Below are positions 52,911 through 61,602 of a stretch of 64,000 bases of DNA, in pieces. Location: the NCBI GenBank assembly GCA_964603635.1, contig CAZRVH010000001.1, forward strand, positions 51,386 through 115,385. The letters run 5' to 3'. Position numbers and translations under genes: made by a program. Numbering within the stretch: position 1 is the first letter of the stretch; each line of letters starts with the position of its first letter. The DNA comes from an uncultured Candidatus Peribacteria bacterium (lineage in GTDB: Bacteria > Patescibacteriota > Gracilibacteria > Peribacterales > Peribacteraceae). Under the pieces are notes generated by a model, which did not search any database, was not told where the DNA came from, and saw only the letters and a list, made by a program, of their open reading frames with translations.

Positions 52911-53170
52911 GGCATTCTTCCTTTCACGGTGGTGACAAAGATCCGGTCATCGGGCGACAACCCGACGAGGAGCGACGTCTGTCGCTGTCATCAGGGTAGG
53001 AAGAACCGAGGGGGATCAGGAGCGGGAGGAAAGCCTCCGAACAGATGTCCGTCAGGCCTTTGGCTATGGCTTCGAAAGAAAGAAGTTCCCACGGATCGGG
53101 GAACCTTTGTTTTCTTTATGATCAATAAATATGATCAATTATTTTGCTTATGATAAGGGCTGTATTCGAA

Positions 53171-53806
53171 TCAATGATCTATATGTTCGTGCAGAAGACG
53201 GGGCGTGATGTAATACATCGGGACGATCACCATGGCGATGGCGGAGGCCAGGGGGAGGAACGGGGCGATGACCGTCGCGAGCCCGTAGAGGACGACTCCT
53301 ATGAGGCTGTGACGGAAGCCTTCCTTCTTTTCCCAATCGGATACGTGCGCGTGTAGCATGCAGCCTGAAAAGAGCGCGTATCGGCTCATGAAGAGGAATG
53401 ACAACGCTGCCATGAACAGGACGAAGTTGTAGACCATCAGTACCCCCGGAACCATGGGGTTCTGGGCCAGGAAGGCGGTGGTGAAGGGGATGAGGGCGAG
53501 CCAGAACAGCAGGATGTTGTTGTACCAAAGAAGCCGTCCGTCCGTGCGGCTCAGCTCATGGAAGAAATGATGATGGTTCACCCAGAAGACCGAGAGCGTG
53601 AGGAAGCTGAACGCGAAGGCGATCAGGCTGGGTCCGATGCTTCCAATGGCCCGGAGCACTCCTTCCATGCTCGCATCATCGAGGTGGGGGACATGGAGCT
53701 CCAGGACGAGGAGGGTGATGATGATCGCAATCACGGCATCGCTGTAGATTTCCATGCGCGTCGTATCGCTGACGGTGGAGTCAGGGGATCGTTTGAAGAG
53801 TTTCAT
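53171..53806 (-). CDS. TMEM175-family (DUF1211) potassium channel
   Basis: 'RMEIYSDAVIAIIITLLVLEL' (RxxxFSD helix-1 motif). Six TM helices. Confidence 0.8.
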   Translation of the reverse strand: MKLFKRSPDSTVSDTTRMEIYSDAVIAIIITLLVLELHVPHLDDASMEGVLRAIGSIGPSLIAFAFSFLTLSVFWVNHHHFFHELSRTDGRLLWYNNILLFWLALIPFTTAFLAQNPMVPGVLMVYNFVLFMAALSFLFMSRYALFSGCMLHAHVSDWEKKEGFRHSLIGVVLYGLATVIAPFLPLASAIAMVIVPMYYITPRLLHEHIDH

Positions 53807-53917
53807 GGAAACAGTATAGCGATGGATTATTGAATATTTTACATTCTTAATGAATACTAAAATTGATCAGTTTTTTAATTTATAAATAGGGCTATGTACA
53901 AATTATAAATTATTACA

Positions 53918-53934
53918 TATACAAATTTTGTATA
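53918..53934. promoter_or_regulatory. 17-bp palindrome upstream of the TMEM175 gene
   Basis: TATACAAA-T-TTTGTATA (8-bp perfect arms) in the AT-rich spacer between arsR-like and TMEM175 genes. Confidence 0.35.
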
Positions 53935-53970
53935 CAAAAGTAGTTCAATAATTCGCTGGTCATGATCTCT

Positions 53971-54237
53971 CTATGCGATCGGCAGGAAGAACGACTGCAC
54001 CTGCCGCAGGACATCATCGAACAAGGGGGTGTTCAACCGATACCAGATGTACCTGCCCCTGCGTTCGCCTTGGATCAGGTTGGCGCGTTTCAGGATATCC
54101 AGGTGGTGACTCAAGGTCGCACCGGTCACGTTCATGGTGACACGGATTTCGCCGACGTTCATCTCTCGGGTACGTAGCAAGCTGAGAATGAACCGACGGT
54201 GTTTGTCGGCCAATGCGGTGAAAATGGAATCGGTCAT
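53971..54237 (-). CDS. ArsR/SmtB family transcriptional regulator
   Basis: 'IFTALADKHRRFILSLLRTREMNVGEI' and 'LSHHLDILKRANLIQGERRGRYIWYRL'. Confidence 0.85.
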   Translation of the reverse strand: MTDSIFTALADKHRRFILSLLRTREMNVGEIRVTMNVTGATLSHHLDILKRANLIQGERRGRYIWYRLNTPLFDDVLRQVQSFFLPIA

Positions 54238-54247
54238 ATTTCGATAA

Positions 54248-54263
54248 TTAGATATATATCTAA
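54248..54263. promoter_or_regulatory. perfect 16-bp palindrome, putative ArsR-type operator
   Basis: TTAGATATATATCTAA lies 11 nt upstream of the arsR-like start (54237), in a divergent promoter region. Confidence 0.45.
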
Positions 54264-54393
54264 ATATTAACACGGAGTGATACGGAGGGCAAGGGTAAGG
54301 CAATACGGTCGAGAGAAGTATTATTGTGACAATACGATACTACGGTTTATGCGTGCATTTTCCGTTCCTATAATTGCAAAAAATACTAAAATA

Positions 54394-54402
54394 TGTTATA
54401 AT
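54394..54402 (+). promoter_or_regulatory. extended -10 element (TGTTATAAT) placed for a leaderless transcript
   Basis: Only 6 nt separate the -10 box from the ATG at 54409. Confidence 0.45.
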
Positions 54403-54408
54403 AATTAT

Positions 54409-54711
54409 ATGAATACACACACCCAATCATTCTGGAAGCAGCAGGTGAGCCTGCCCGTCGCCGCCATGGTCATGGCCATCAGCGTCGTCACGACCCTTGC
54501 CGTTTTCGAGAGCCAAACAGGCCTTCCCGCTTCCATCCGGTCGAATCCCGTGTATGGTTCGTTGCCGCTGCATTCCGCAGCCACCACGCCGGTGATGCGC
54601 AGGGCGGCGTCCACCTCCTCGATTTCGAGCAAGTCACCCAGTGCCTTGAATCGTCTTCGTAAGCGCATGGTCAATCAGCGCCTGTCCCGCACGTCGTCGG
54701 AAGCGCGCTGA
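54409..54711 (+). CDS. hypothetical single-TM protein
   Basis: 100 aa. TM segment 'VSLPVAAMVMAISVVTTLAVF' and a basic, Ser-rich tail. Weak support. Confidence 0.4.
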   Translation: MNTHTQSFWKQQVSLPVAAMVMAISVVTTLAVFESQTGLPASIRSNPVYGSLPLHSAATTPVMRRAASTSSISSKSPSALNRLRKRMVNQRLSRTSSEAR

Positions 54712-54799
54712 TCGTACGGGTGAACAACGACGGCTGCATTTCAGATGCTTTTGAGGTCTTTCTTTTGACTTCGCCGGCTTCCAAGCCGATCATAGGCGC

Positions 54800-55255
54800 A
54801 TGACCCACTCCATCTTCGCCAAAGCACTGCTCCTCGGAACGACGATGTCCCTCGCGGCTTGCGCCCCCATGCCGGGCAACGGCGGCGCCTCTTCGTCTTC
54901 CTCCTCGGCCGCGTCCAGCCAGCCGTATGCGGACATGATCCAGGTTTCCTCCCCCGTGCCCAACGCACAGGTATCCACATCCCAGCCCCTCGTCGTGACG
55001 GGCCGCGCCACGGGTCCGTGGTACTTCGAGGCCGGCTTCCCCGTGAAATTGCTCGATAGCAGCGGCAACGTCCTCGCCGAAGCACCTGCGCAGGCCCAGG
55101 GCGATTGGATGACCGCCGACTTCGTACCTTTCTCCGTCACGTTGAACTTCACCACGACCGATACGAACGGCACGCTGGTACTGCGCAACGATAATCCTTC
55201 GGGAGAGCCTGCGAACGACAAGAGCATTTCGATTCCCGTGACATTCGTTCCGTAA
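54800..55255 (+). CDS. Gmad2 immunoglobulin-like domain lipoprotein
   Basis: Lipobox 'TTMSLAAC'. 'VVTGRATGPWYFEAGFPVKLLDSSGNVLAEAPAQAQGDWMTADFVPFSVTLNF' matches the Gmad2 pattern. Confidence 0.65.
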   Translation: MTHSIFAKALLLGTTMSLAACAPMPGNGGASSSSSSAASSQPYADMIQVSSPVPNAQVSTSQPLVVTGRATGPWYFEAGFPVKLLDSSGNVLAEAPAQAQGDWMTADFVPFSVTLNFTTTDTNGTLVLRNDNPSGEPANDKSISIPVTFVP

Positions 55256-55366
55256 AAGTGCTAGCATGAAGCAATCTACGGCGGCTAAAAGCCTCCGCTG
55301 TAGACCTAGTGGGTCCTCTAGTCGCACGACGCGGCTAGAGGACTCTTTTCACAGACGGAGTGCGGG

Positions 55367-56293
55367 TCAGTAGATCCAGGCGGGATACGAGCGGGCGGAC
55401 GAGGACTGCCGGGCCGGTGCGGAAGATGTCTGGGAAGCCGCGGAGGAGGGCTTGGGCGATGATCCCTGTGAGGTTGCACTGCTCGTTTGCGTCGTCGTAC
55501 GGACCGTCCTTGCGGCCGTGCGGCGCGGGGTTGCGTAGCGACGCGTCCAGTCGGCTTGGAGCACGGAGAGAGGGGTCTTGGCACGGTTCGTAATGCCGCC
55601 GTCCAGGCGGTCCAGGATCTCTGAGACGACTGTACGGGTCATGCGCTGGTCGAAGGTACGGACGGACTCAGGAATGGCACCCTGCGCGTCCAGCGTGCGA
55701 ACGTAGACATCGAACCAGGGGTTGGACGTCGCGGCCGCCACGTCGGGCCAGGGATGCAGGGCGTAGGCGCGGGAAATCATCTTGGACGCCTCGGCGAAGC
55801 TCACGGGAGCGTCGGGGCGGAAGGAACCATCCCCATACCCGCGGATGATGCCGTTTTGGAAGGCGACGCAGATTTCCTTGCCGTATTGATGGCTGGTCGC
55901 CACGTCCGTGAAGACGAGCGTGAATTCGGGCGGAAGTTCCGATGCCAAGGACCAATAGCAGGTGTCGATCGTCACGTCGTTGTAGAGCCTATGCACGATC
56001 ATGCTGACGAATCCCGCGCGGGTTTCCGGCAAAGCGGCTTCCAGCGCCGCCTTTTCCTGCGCAGTCGGTTCCGCTTTCGGAACGACCTTCACGCGGAACG
56101 AGGGGGTCTCGTATTTCGTAGATTCCACGGAGGAGGGCTGTTCAACGGTGACGGACGATGCCGAAGACGAGATGGCACTGGAACTGGATGCCCTGTTGGG
56201 GAAGGCAAAATCATCGAGGGAGCGTGCCGAGCCGGCCGGTACGAGGGCCACGAAGGCGGCAGATAATCCGAGGAGACGCAGCGGGAGGTTCAT
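55367..56293 (-). CDS. SLH-domain surface protein
   Basis: Signal peptide 'MNLPLRLLGLSAAFVALVPAGSARS'. SLH repeat 'FTDVATSHQYGKEICVAFQNGIIRGYGDGSFRPDAPVSFAEASKMISRAY'. Ser/Thr-rich C-terminus. Confidence 0.7.
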   Translation of the reverse strand: MNLPLRLLGLSAAFVALVPAGSARSLDDFAFPNRASSSSAISSSASSVTVEQPSSVESTKYETPSFRVKVVPKAEPTAQEKAALEAALPETRAGFVSMIVHRLYNDVTIDTCYWSLASELPPEFTLVFTDVATSHQYGKEICVAFQNGIIRGYGDGSFRPDAPVSFAEASKMISRAYALHPWPDVAAATSNPWFDVYVRTLDAQGAIPESVRTFDQRMTRTVVSEILDRLDGGITNRAKTPLSVLQADWTRRYATPRRTAARTVRTTTQTSSATSQGSSPKPSSAASQTSSAPARQSSSARSYPAWIY

Positions 56294-56560
56294 ACGAATG
56301 GAGGAATGAAAGTACGCAATGGTACTAAACAATGCCAAACCATGTAAAGAAGCGGTGAGCAAAGCCTGTGTTCTCCTAGCGGAAAACACGACGTCATGAT
56401 GTACGGTAAGCATGACATTCGCACTCATCCCGGCATAATATCCGTATCAAATAATTGTTCTTTTTATTTGTTTTATTACAGGGCTGAAGATGAAATAAGA
56501 ATGTATGGAAAAGAAGAAAAAATAGGCAGGGGATTCGCGTCTGGGTAGAATGTAACCACT

Positions 56561-56770
56561 ATGAATCCTCCACCCATGGACAACAACGATATCCAGATGA
56601 AATGCGAAGCGTTCCTCCGCGAACTCGGCGTGCCCGGCTTCATCATCTTCGGATGGCAAAAAGACGACCAGGCCTTCGGCGTCGTTTCCTCCTTCCACGA
56701 AATGCCGGTCAATGCGGCCGTGAAGGGGATGACCTGGGCGCTGAATGATTTTGCGGCGAAGAGTCTGTGA
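56561..56770 (+). CDS. hypothetical small protein
   Basis: 69-aa ORF with a TAGAAT -10-like box upstream. No family recognised. Confidence 0.4.
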   Translation: MNPPPMDNNDIQMKCEAFLRELGVPGFIIFGWQKDDQAFGVVSSFHEMPVNAAVKGMTWALNDFAAKSL

Positions 56771-56830
56771 GGTCTGTGGCTTGTAGGGTGTAGCTGGTAG
56801 GAAAGCTACAAGCTATCAGCTGCAACCTCA

Positions 56831-57235
56831 TCACAGCGTATGCTTGAAAAACAGGTTCGCGATGCCGAGGATGGCCGCGACGATCATCCAGCTCACGAAC
56901 CCGTCCGTGATCTGCAATTTTACGAGCGAGGGATCCATTTGTGAGGTGATGCGGACGACGAGCCACACGAAGGCCGCATTGGACAGTATCAACGCGAGCA
57001 AGGTGGCGAAGAGCTTGAGCGGGAATGTCAGTACATGCAGGATGGGACGCGCGATGAGGTTGAGCAGGGTCACGAGACAGCCGACGATGACGAACGCCGC
57101 CCATCCGCCGCTTATCGTAAAGTACTGCGGGATGAGCGTATTCATCGCCCACACGAGAAGAATCGTGAGGACCGCGCTAAAAAGAATGCGCAAGGGGAGT
57201 CCCAAGGAAGACGTTTCGTTGGCAGACATGGGCAA
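56831..57235 (-). CDS. DUF360 / phage-holin-4-like 4-TM membrane protein
   Basis: 'VGCLVTLLNLIARPILHVLTFPLKLFATLLALILSNAAFVWLV' fits the DUF360 pattern. It starts immediately after the ileS stop. Confidence 0.6.
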   Translation of the reverse strand: MPMSANETSSLGLPLRILFSAVLTILLVWAMNTLIPQYFTISGGWAAFVIVGCLVTLLNLIARPILHVLTFPLKLFATLLALILSNAAFVWLVVRITSQMDPSLVKLQITDGFVSWMIVAAILGIANLFFKHTL

Positions 57236-60200
57236 TCAGGGGAGGTACACGTCCATCATAACGTCCTCCCCGATCAGAATCGATTGCTTCGTTCCCGTGG
57301 GCGGGCCGAAACGCACGCTCGTCTGCTGGGTGATGGCATCCTCGAATCCTTCGATCAGCGCCTTCAGGTCGTCGCCGATACCGATCGTCACTTCGTCGCC
57401 CATCTTGTATCCGGCTTCCTTGCGGATCTTTTGGATTTGGCGGATGACGTCGCGTACGAGACCCTTCTTCTGCAGGTCTTCGGTGATTGCCGTATCCACC
57501 CTCACCACCACGCCGTGATCCGCCGCTACGCCCTGTCCCTCCTCGGCCTGGTAGGCGATCGACACTTCATCGGGTGACAGGCGCTCGCCGTCGATGACGA
57601 TCGTTCCGTCCGGTTCCTCGGTGAAATCGCCGGTCTTTCCTTTTTGGATCACCTGCTGCACGCGGCCGCCCAGGCGGGGGCCCACCTTGCGTGCGTCCAC
57701 CTTCGCGATCTTCTGCACCCCGCCGCTGTCGTTGCTGAACTCGATGCTCTCCACGTTCATTTCCTCGCGGAGCAGCGCGATGTCATCTTCTCCGAGCCCG
57801 ATCTTCTTCGCGTCCATGGTTCCCGGCAGCGTCACGGTCGCGACCGCCAGGGGCTGGCGCACCTTGATCTTCTGTTCCGAGCGGATCTTGTTGCCGAGCG
57901 ACACGATGAGGCGCAGCGCGCGGTTCTTCTCGATCGACACGCGGTCCGCCTTGGATAGTTCCGCGGTCGCGGGCCAGTCCGTCAGGTGGATGGAGCCGTT
58001 CTTCTCCGGCACGAGGTTCAGGTAGATGTTTTCCGTGATGTAGGGGCAGAACGGCGCCAGCAGCTTGCAGACGTCGATCAGGACGCCGTACAGGGTGGCG
58101 AGCGCTTCACGCTGCTCTTCGGTGCTGCCGCCTGCCTCCGTGTCTTCCATGCCCGACTTTCCGGCAAAGCGGCGCCGGGAAAGACGGATGTACCAGTTGG
58201 TCAGCGCGTCCAACGTATCGACGATCTCCGCGCAGGTTCCGGCGAGGTCGTATGCGTCCATCTTCTTCGTGACGCGGTTCACCAGGTCCTGCGTTTCGGC
58301 TTTGATCCACCGGTCCAACGGATGGTTGGACGCATGCGGGGCGGCGACGGGTTCGAAATTCGCCATGTTGGCGTACGTGACGAAGAACGAATACGAGTTC
58401 CACAGCGGCAGCAGGACGCTGCGCAGCGTCTCCTCCACCACCTTCTCCGAGAAGCGCATGTCTTCGGCACGGACCGCGGGGGAATTCATGAGTGTGAAAC
58501 GCAGGGCGTCGGCGCCGTACTTGTCGATGACGATGTTCAGTTCTGGGTAGTTCTTCAGGCGCTTGCTCATCTTGCGGCCGTCCTCGGCCAGGATCGTTCC
58601 GTTCACGACGACGTTCTTGAACGCGGGCTGCTTGAAGAGTGCCGCGCTGAGGACGGTGAGCGTGTAGAACCAGCCGCGCGTTTGGTCGATGCCTTCCGCG
58701 ATGAAGTCCGCGGGGAAGTTCGTAGGCTCCAGCTGTTTCTTGCTTCCGCGGGGCGCGAGCTTCAAGTGCTGCGCGTCGTATGGGAAATGCTGTTGGGCGT
58801 AGGGCATGGAGCCGCTTTCGAACCAGCAATCCAGTACGTCGGGGATGCGCTTGAGGACGGGCTTCAGCGAGATTTCCATCGAGTCCCCGTTATTCACGGG
58901 CACTGCCGCCACCGCCTTGAACGCAAGGTTCTCGGCGATACCCTTGAGGCCCAGCATCGTGCCGCGGTGGGAGACGACAAGCACTTTCTTTCCTTTGTAA
59001 TGCTCGCGAAGGATGGCGCATGCTTTTTCCAGTCGGGAATTGAAAGAGGACAAAGATTCCCCTCCTTCCGGCGTCGCATAATGAAAGGAAGGACACAGCC
59101 CCTTCGGTTCCTCCGGGAATTTTTCCCATAGGCTGTCGATCGTATTTCCGCTCCAGCTGCCCGCATCGCGCTCTTTCAATTCTTCCATCTCTATGACTTC
59201 CGTGACGCCGAGTTCTTTCGCGATGATCCGTGCGGTTTCCATGCTGCGCTTCAGGGGGGACGCGATGATGGCGTCGAACGTGCGGCCCTTCAGGGCTTTG
59301 GCTTGCTCAGATGCCTGCGATCTGCCGGTGTCGTTCAGTTCGGCATCGATATTTCCTCCTTGGAGCAATTTTTTCTTATTATTGTCCGTCTCCCCGTGGC
59401 GTACGAGCGTCAGATGTACGATGGGGTCTTCCTCGGTAGCGGGCCATTCCACGTCATCGATCACGTGCTTGTGCAGGTCGATCTCCCCTTCGCGGTTGTG
59501 GTCCCAGAAATACGCGACGGGGGTCGCATACGGCGGATTGGGCTGGTAGCAGAGCTTCGCTGGATCTTCTTTCGTGAAGAGATGGCGCACCACCATGGAA
59601 GGATCGCCGTGCGTCACGAGCACGATATGTTCGCTGCGGTGCCTGGGGAGGGTCTTCTTTAGGAAGGACGAGAGGCGTTCGTACATCTCGGGCCAGCGCT
59701 CCATGCCGTCGAAGCGTTCGTTGGTGTCCACTTCTTCCTTTCCGATGAAGTGGATGCGACGCGCCTCCGTCATGGCCCGGTCGGATCGGTCGAAGGTCTT
59801 TCCTTCGTGCGGTCCGAATTTCGTTTCCGCCAATTCCTCCGCGATGATGATCTCCGCGCCCGTTTCCTTCGCGATCTGTTCCGCGGTTTGGATGGCTCGG
59901 GCAAGCGGGGAGCAGTAGATGATCGACACCTCCTCCTGTTTCAGGATCGCGGCGGCTTCCTTCGCCTGTTTCACGCCGTTCTTCGTCAAGTCGGTCCCCG
60001 GAGCAGCCCCTTGGTGCAGGTGGCGGAGATTTCCTTCGCTCTCGCCGTGGCGCACGACGCTCACCTTCGTGAAACGCATGGGCTTTTTCTCCATCAGCGC
60101 GTCGCGTCCTCCGAGCACTTCAACATGCTTTCCGTCCTGGGTGCGCCAGATCGGAAGGGGCGTACCCCAGAAGCGGCTGCGGGAAATGGCCCAGTCGCGC

Positions 60201-61564
60201 GCGCCTTCCAGCCACTTGCCGAAGCGCCCGTCGCGCAAATGGGCGGGCAACCATTCGGTTTCCCCGTTCACTTTCAAAAGGTCGTCCTTGAAGTCCTCTA
60301 CCTTCACGAACCATGAAGAGGTGGCGTAATTGAGCAGCGGTGAGTCGCAGCGCCAGCAGTGCGGATAGCTGTGGCGGTAGGATTCCTTCTTGAAGAGGAG
60401 TCCTTTTCCTTCCAACCACGCGATCACCTTCTGGTCGGTCTTGGTGGGGTCGTCCTTCGGTTTCACCTCCATGCCCGCGAAGTCCGTCACGGCCGGGACG
60501 AAGTGTCCGTCCATGCCGACGTGCTGGAGCATCGGGACTTTTTCGCGCTTGCCCACCTTGAAGTCGTCGTCGCCGAATCCCGGCGCGATGTGCACGATGC
60601 CCGTACCGTCTTCCGTCGTCACGAAGTCGCCCGTCACCACGCGGTAGGCGGTTCCCTCGAAGCCTTCCTTGAAATAGGGGAACAACGGTTCGTAGCTCAT
60701 CGCGACGAGTTCTTTCTGGCTTACCACAGGGCCGATCTGGAATTCCTTCCCGTCGAATACCTTCTCCACGAGGGCTTTGGCCATGATGTATTCCGCACCC
60801 TCGCAGGATACCGTCACATAGTCGGTATCCGGGTGGATCGCCAGGAACAGGTTGCCGGGCAGGGTCCAGGGGGTCGTCGTCCAGGCGAGGATGAACGTGT
60901 CTTTCTTTCCCTTCACGGGGAACTTCACGAAGGCACTGATGTCGGTGATGTCTTTGTAGCCCTGCGTGACCTCGAAGTTGCTCAGCGGGGTGACGCAGCG
61001 GGGGCAGATCTGCATCGGTTTGTAGCCTTCGTAGATGAGGCCTTTCAGGAAGAGCGCGCGAAACACCCACCAGATGCTTTCCATATAGTCGCTGTCCATG
61101 GTGCGGTAGTCGTGCTTCATGTCGACCCAGCGGCCCATGCGCGTCACCGTTTTTTCCCATTCGCCGGTATAACGCTGGACGACGGCGCGGCAATGTTCGT
61201 TAAAGGTCGCGATGCCCATCGCTTCTATGTCCTTGCGGCTCTTCAGGTCGAATTCCTTCTCGATTTCATATTCCACGGGGAGGCCATGGCAATCCCATCC
61301 GAAACGGCGCTGTACCTGGTTCCCCTTCATCGTCTGATAGCGGGGGATCACGTCCTTGATCGTTCCTCCCACCATGTGCCCGTAGTGGGGGAGTCCCGTC
61401 GCGAACGGGGGTCCGTCGTAAAAACTGAACGTGTCGCATCCTTCGCGCAGCTGGATGCTGCGGCGGAACATGTCCTGCTCCTTCCAGTACTTCAGGATGC
61501 CCTCCTCCAGGGACGGAAAATGCTGTTTCGGATCGACGGGATCGAACATGGGGGGAGTGTACAC
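57236..61564 (-). CDS. ileS: isoleucine--tRNA ligase (type 2) with two inserted histidine-phosphatase domains
   Basis: HIGH 'PHYGHMVG'. 'DWAISRSRFWGTPLPIW', 'DVLDCWFESGSMPYAQ' and KMSKS 'RKMSKRL'. The 1442-aa length is explained by two RHGE-type domains at residues ~497-690 and ~714-903. Confidence 0.95.
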   Translation of the reverse strand: MYTPPMFDPVDPKQHFPSLEEGILKYWKEQDMFRRSIQLREGCDTFSFYDGPPFATGLPHYGHMVGGTIKDVIPRYQTMKGNQVQRRFGWDCHGLPVEYEIEKEFDLKSRKDIEAMGIATFNEHCRAVVQRYTGEWEKTVTRMGRWVDMKHDYRTMDSDYMESIWWVFRALFLKGLIYEGYKPMQICPRCVTPLSNFEVTQGYKDITDISAFVKFPVKGKKDTFILAWTTTPWTLPGNLFLAIHPDTDYVTVSCEGAEYIMAKALVEKVFDGKEFQIGPVVSQKELVAMSYEPLFPYFKEGFEGTAYRVVTGDFVTTEDGTGIVHIAPGFGDDDFKVGKREKVPMLQHVGMDGHFVPAVTDFAGMEVKPKDDPTKTDQKVIAWLEGKGLLFKKESYRHSYPHCWRCDSPLLNYATSSWFVKVEDFKDDLLKVNGETEWLPAHLRDGRFGKWLEGARDWAISRSRFWGTPLPIWRTQDGKHVEVLGGRDALMEKKPMRFTKVSVVRHGESEGNLRHLHQGAAPGTDLTKNGVKQAKEAAAILKQEEVSIIYCSPLARAIQTAEQIAKETGAEIIIAEELAETKFGPHEGKTFDRSDRAMTEARRIHFIGKEEVDTNERFDGMERWPEMYERLSSFLKKTLPRHRSEHIVLVTHGDPSMVVRHLFTKEDPAKLCYQPNPPYATPVAYFWDHNREGEIDLHKHVIDDVEWPATEEDPIVHLTLVRHGETDNNKKKLLQGGNIDAELNDTGRSQASEQAKALKGRTFDAIIASPLKRSMETARIIAKELGVTEVIEMEELKERDAGSWSGNTIDSLWEKFPEEPKGLCPSFHYATPEGGESLSSFNSRLEKACAILREHYKGKKVLVVSHRGTMLGLKGIAENLAFKAVAAVPVNNGDSMEISLKPVLKRIPDVLDCWFESGSMPYAQQHFPYDAQHLKLAPRGSKKQLEPTNFPADFIAEGIDQTRGWFYTLTVLSAALFKQPAFKNVVVNGTILAEDGRKMSKRLKNYPELNIVIDKYGADALRFTLMNSPAVRAEDMRFSEKVVEETLRSVLLPLWNSYSFFVTYANMANFEPVAAPHASNHPLDRWIKAETQDLVNRVTKKMDAYDLAGTCAEIVDTLDALTNWYIRLSRRRFAGKSGMEDTEAGGSTEEQREALATLYGVLIDVCKLLAPFCPYITENIYLNLVPEKNGSIHLTDWPATAELSKADRVSIEKNRALRLIVSLGNKIRSEQKIKVRQPLAVATVTLPGTMDAKKIGLGEDDIALLREEMNVESIEFSNDSGGVQKIAKVDARKVGPRLGGRVQQVIQKGKTGDFTEEPDGTIVIDGERLSPDEVSIAYQAEEGQGVAADHGVVVRVDTAITEDLQKKGLVRDVIRQIQKIRKEAGYKMGDEVTIGIGDDLKALIEGFEDAITQQTSVRFGPPTGTKQSILIGEDVMMDVYLP

Positions 61565-61602
61565 GATTTTTTTCCGCGTGGCAGGACCAAATGACCGTCG
61601 TA

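Noticed and set aside
52911-53170. A c-di-AMP (ydaO) riboswitch upstream of the M23 peptidase.
   Set aside because: I could not find the conserved ydaO-type elements in the correct (minus) orientation. The GGGGA-like strings occur only on the wrong strand. This needs a covariance-model scan before any claim is made.
58856-60076. An intein as the explanation for the oversized IleRS.
   Set aside because: There is no Cys/Ser/Thr at the N-terminal junction. There is no terminal His-Asn followed by Cys/Ser/Thr; the only 'HN' is followed by Arg. There are no endonuclease blocks. Both inserts have complete RHG...H histidine-phosphatase signatures instead.
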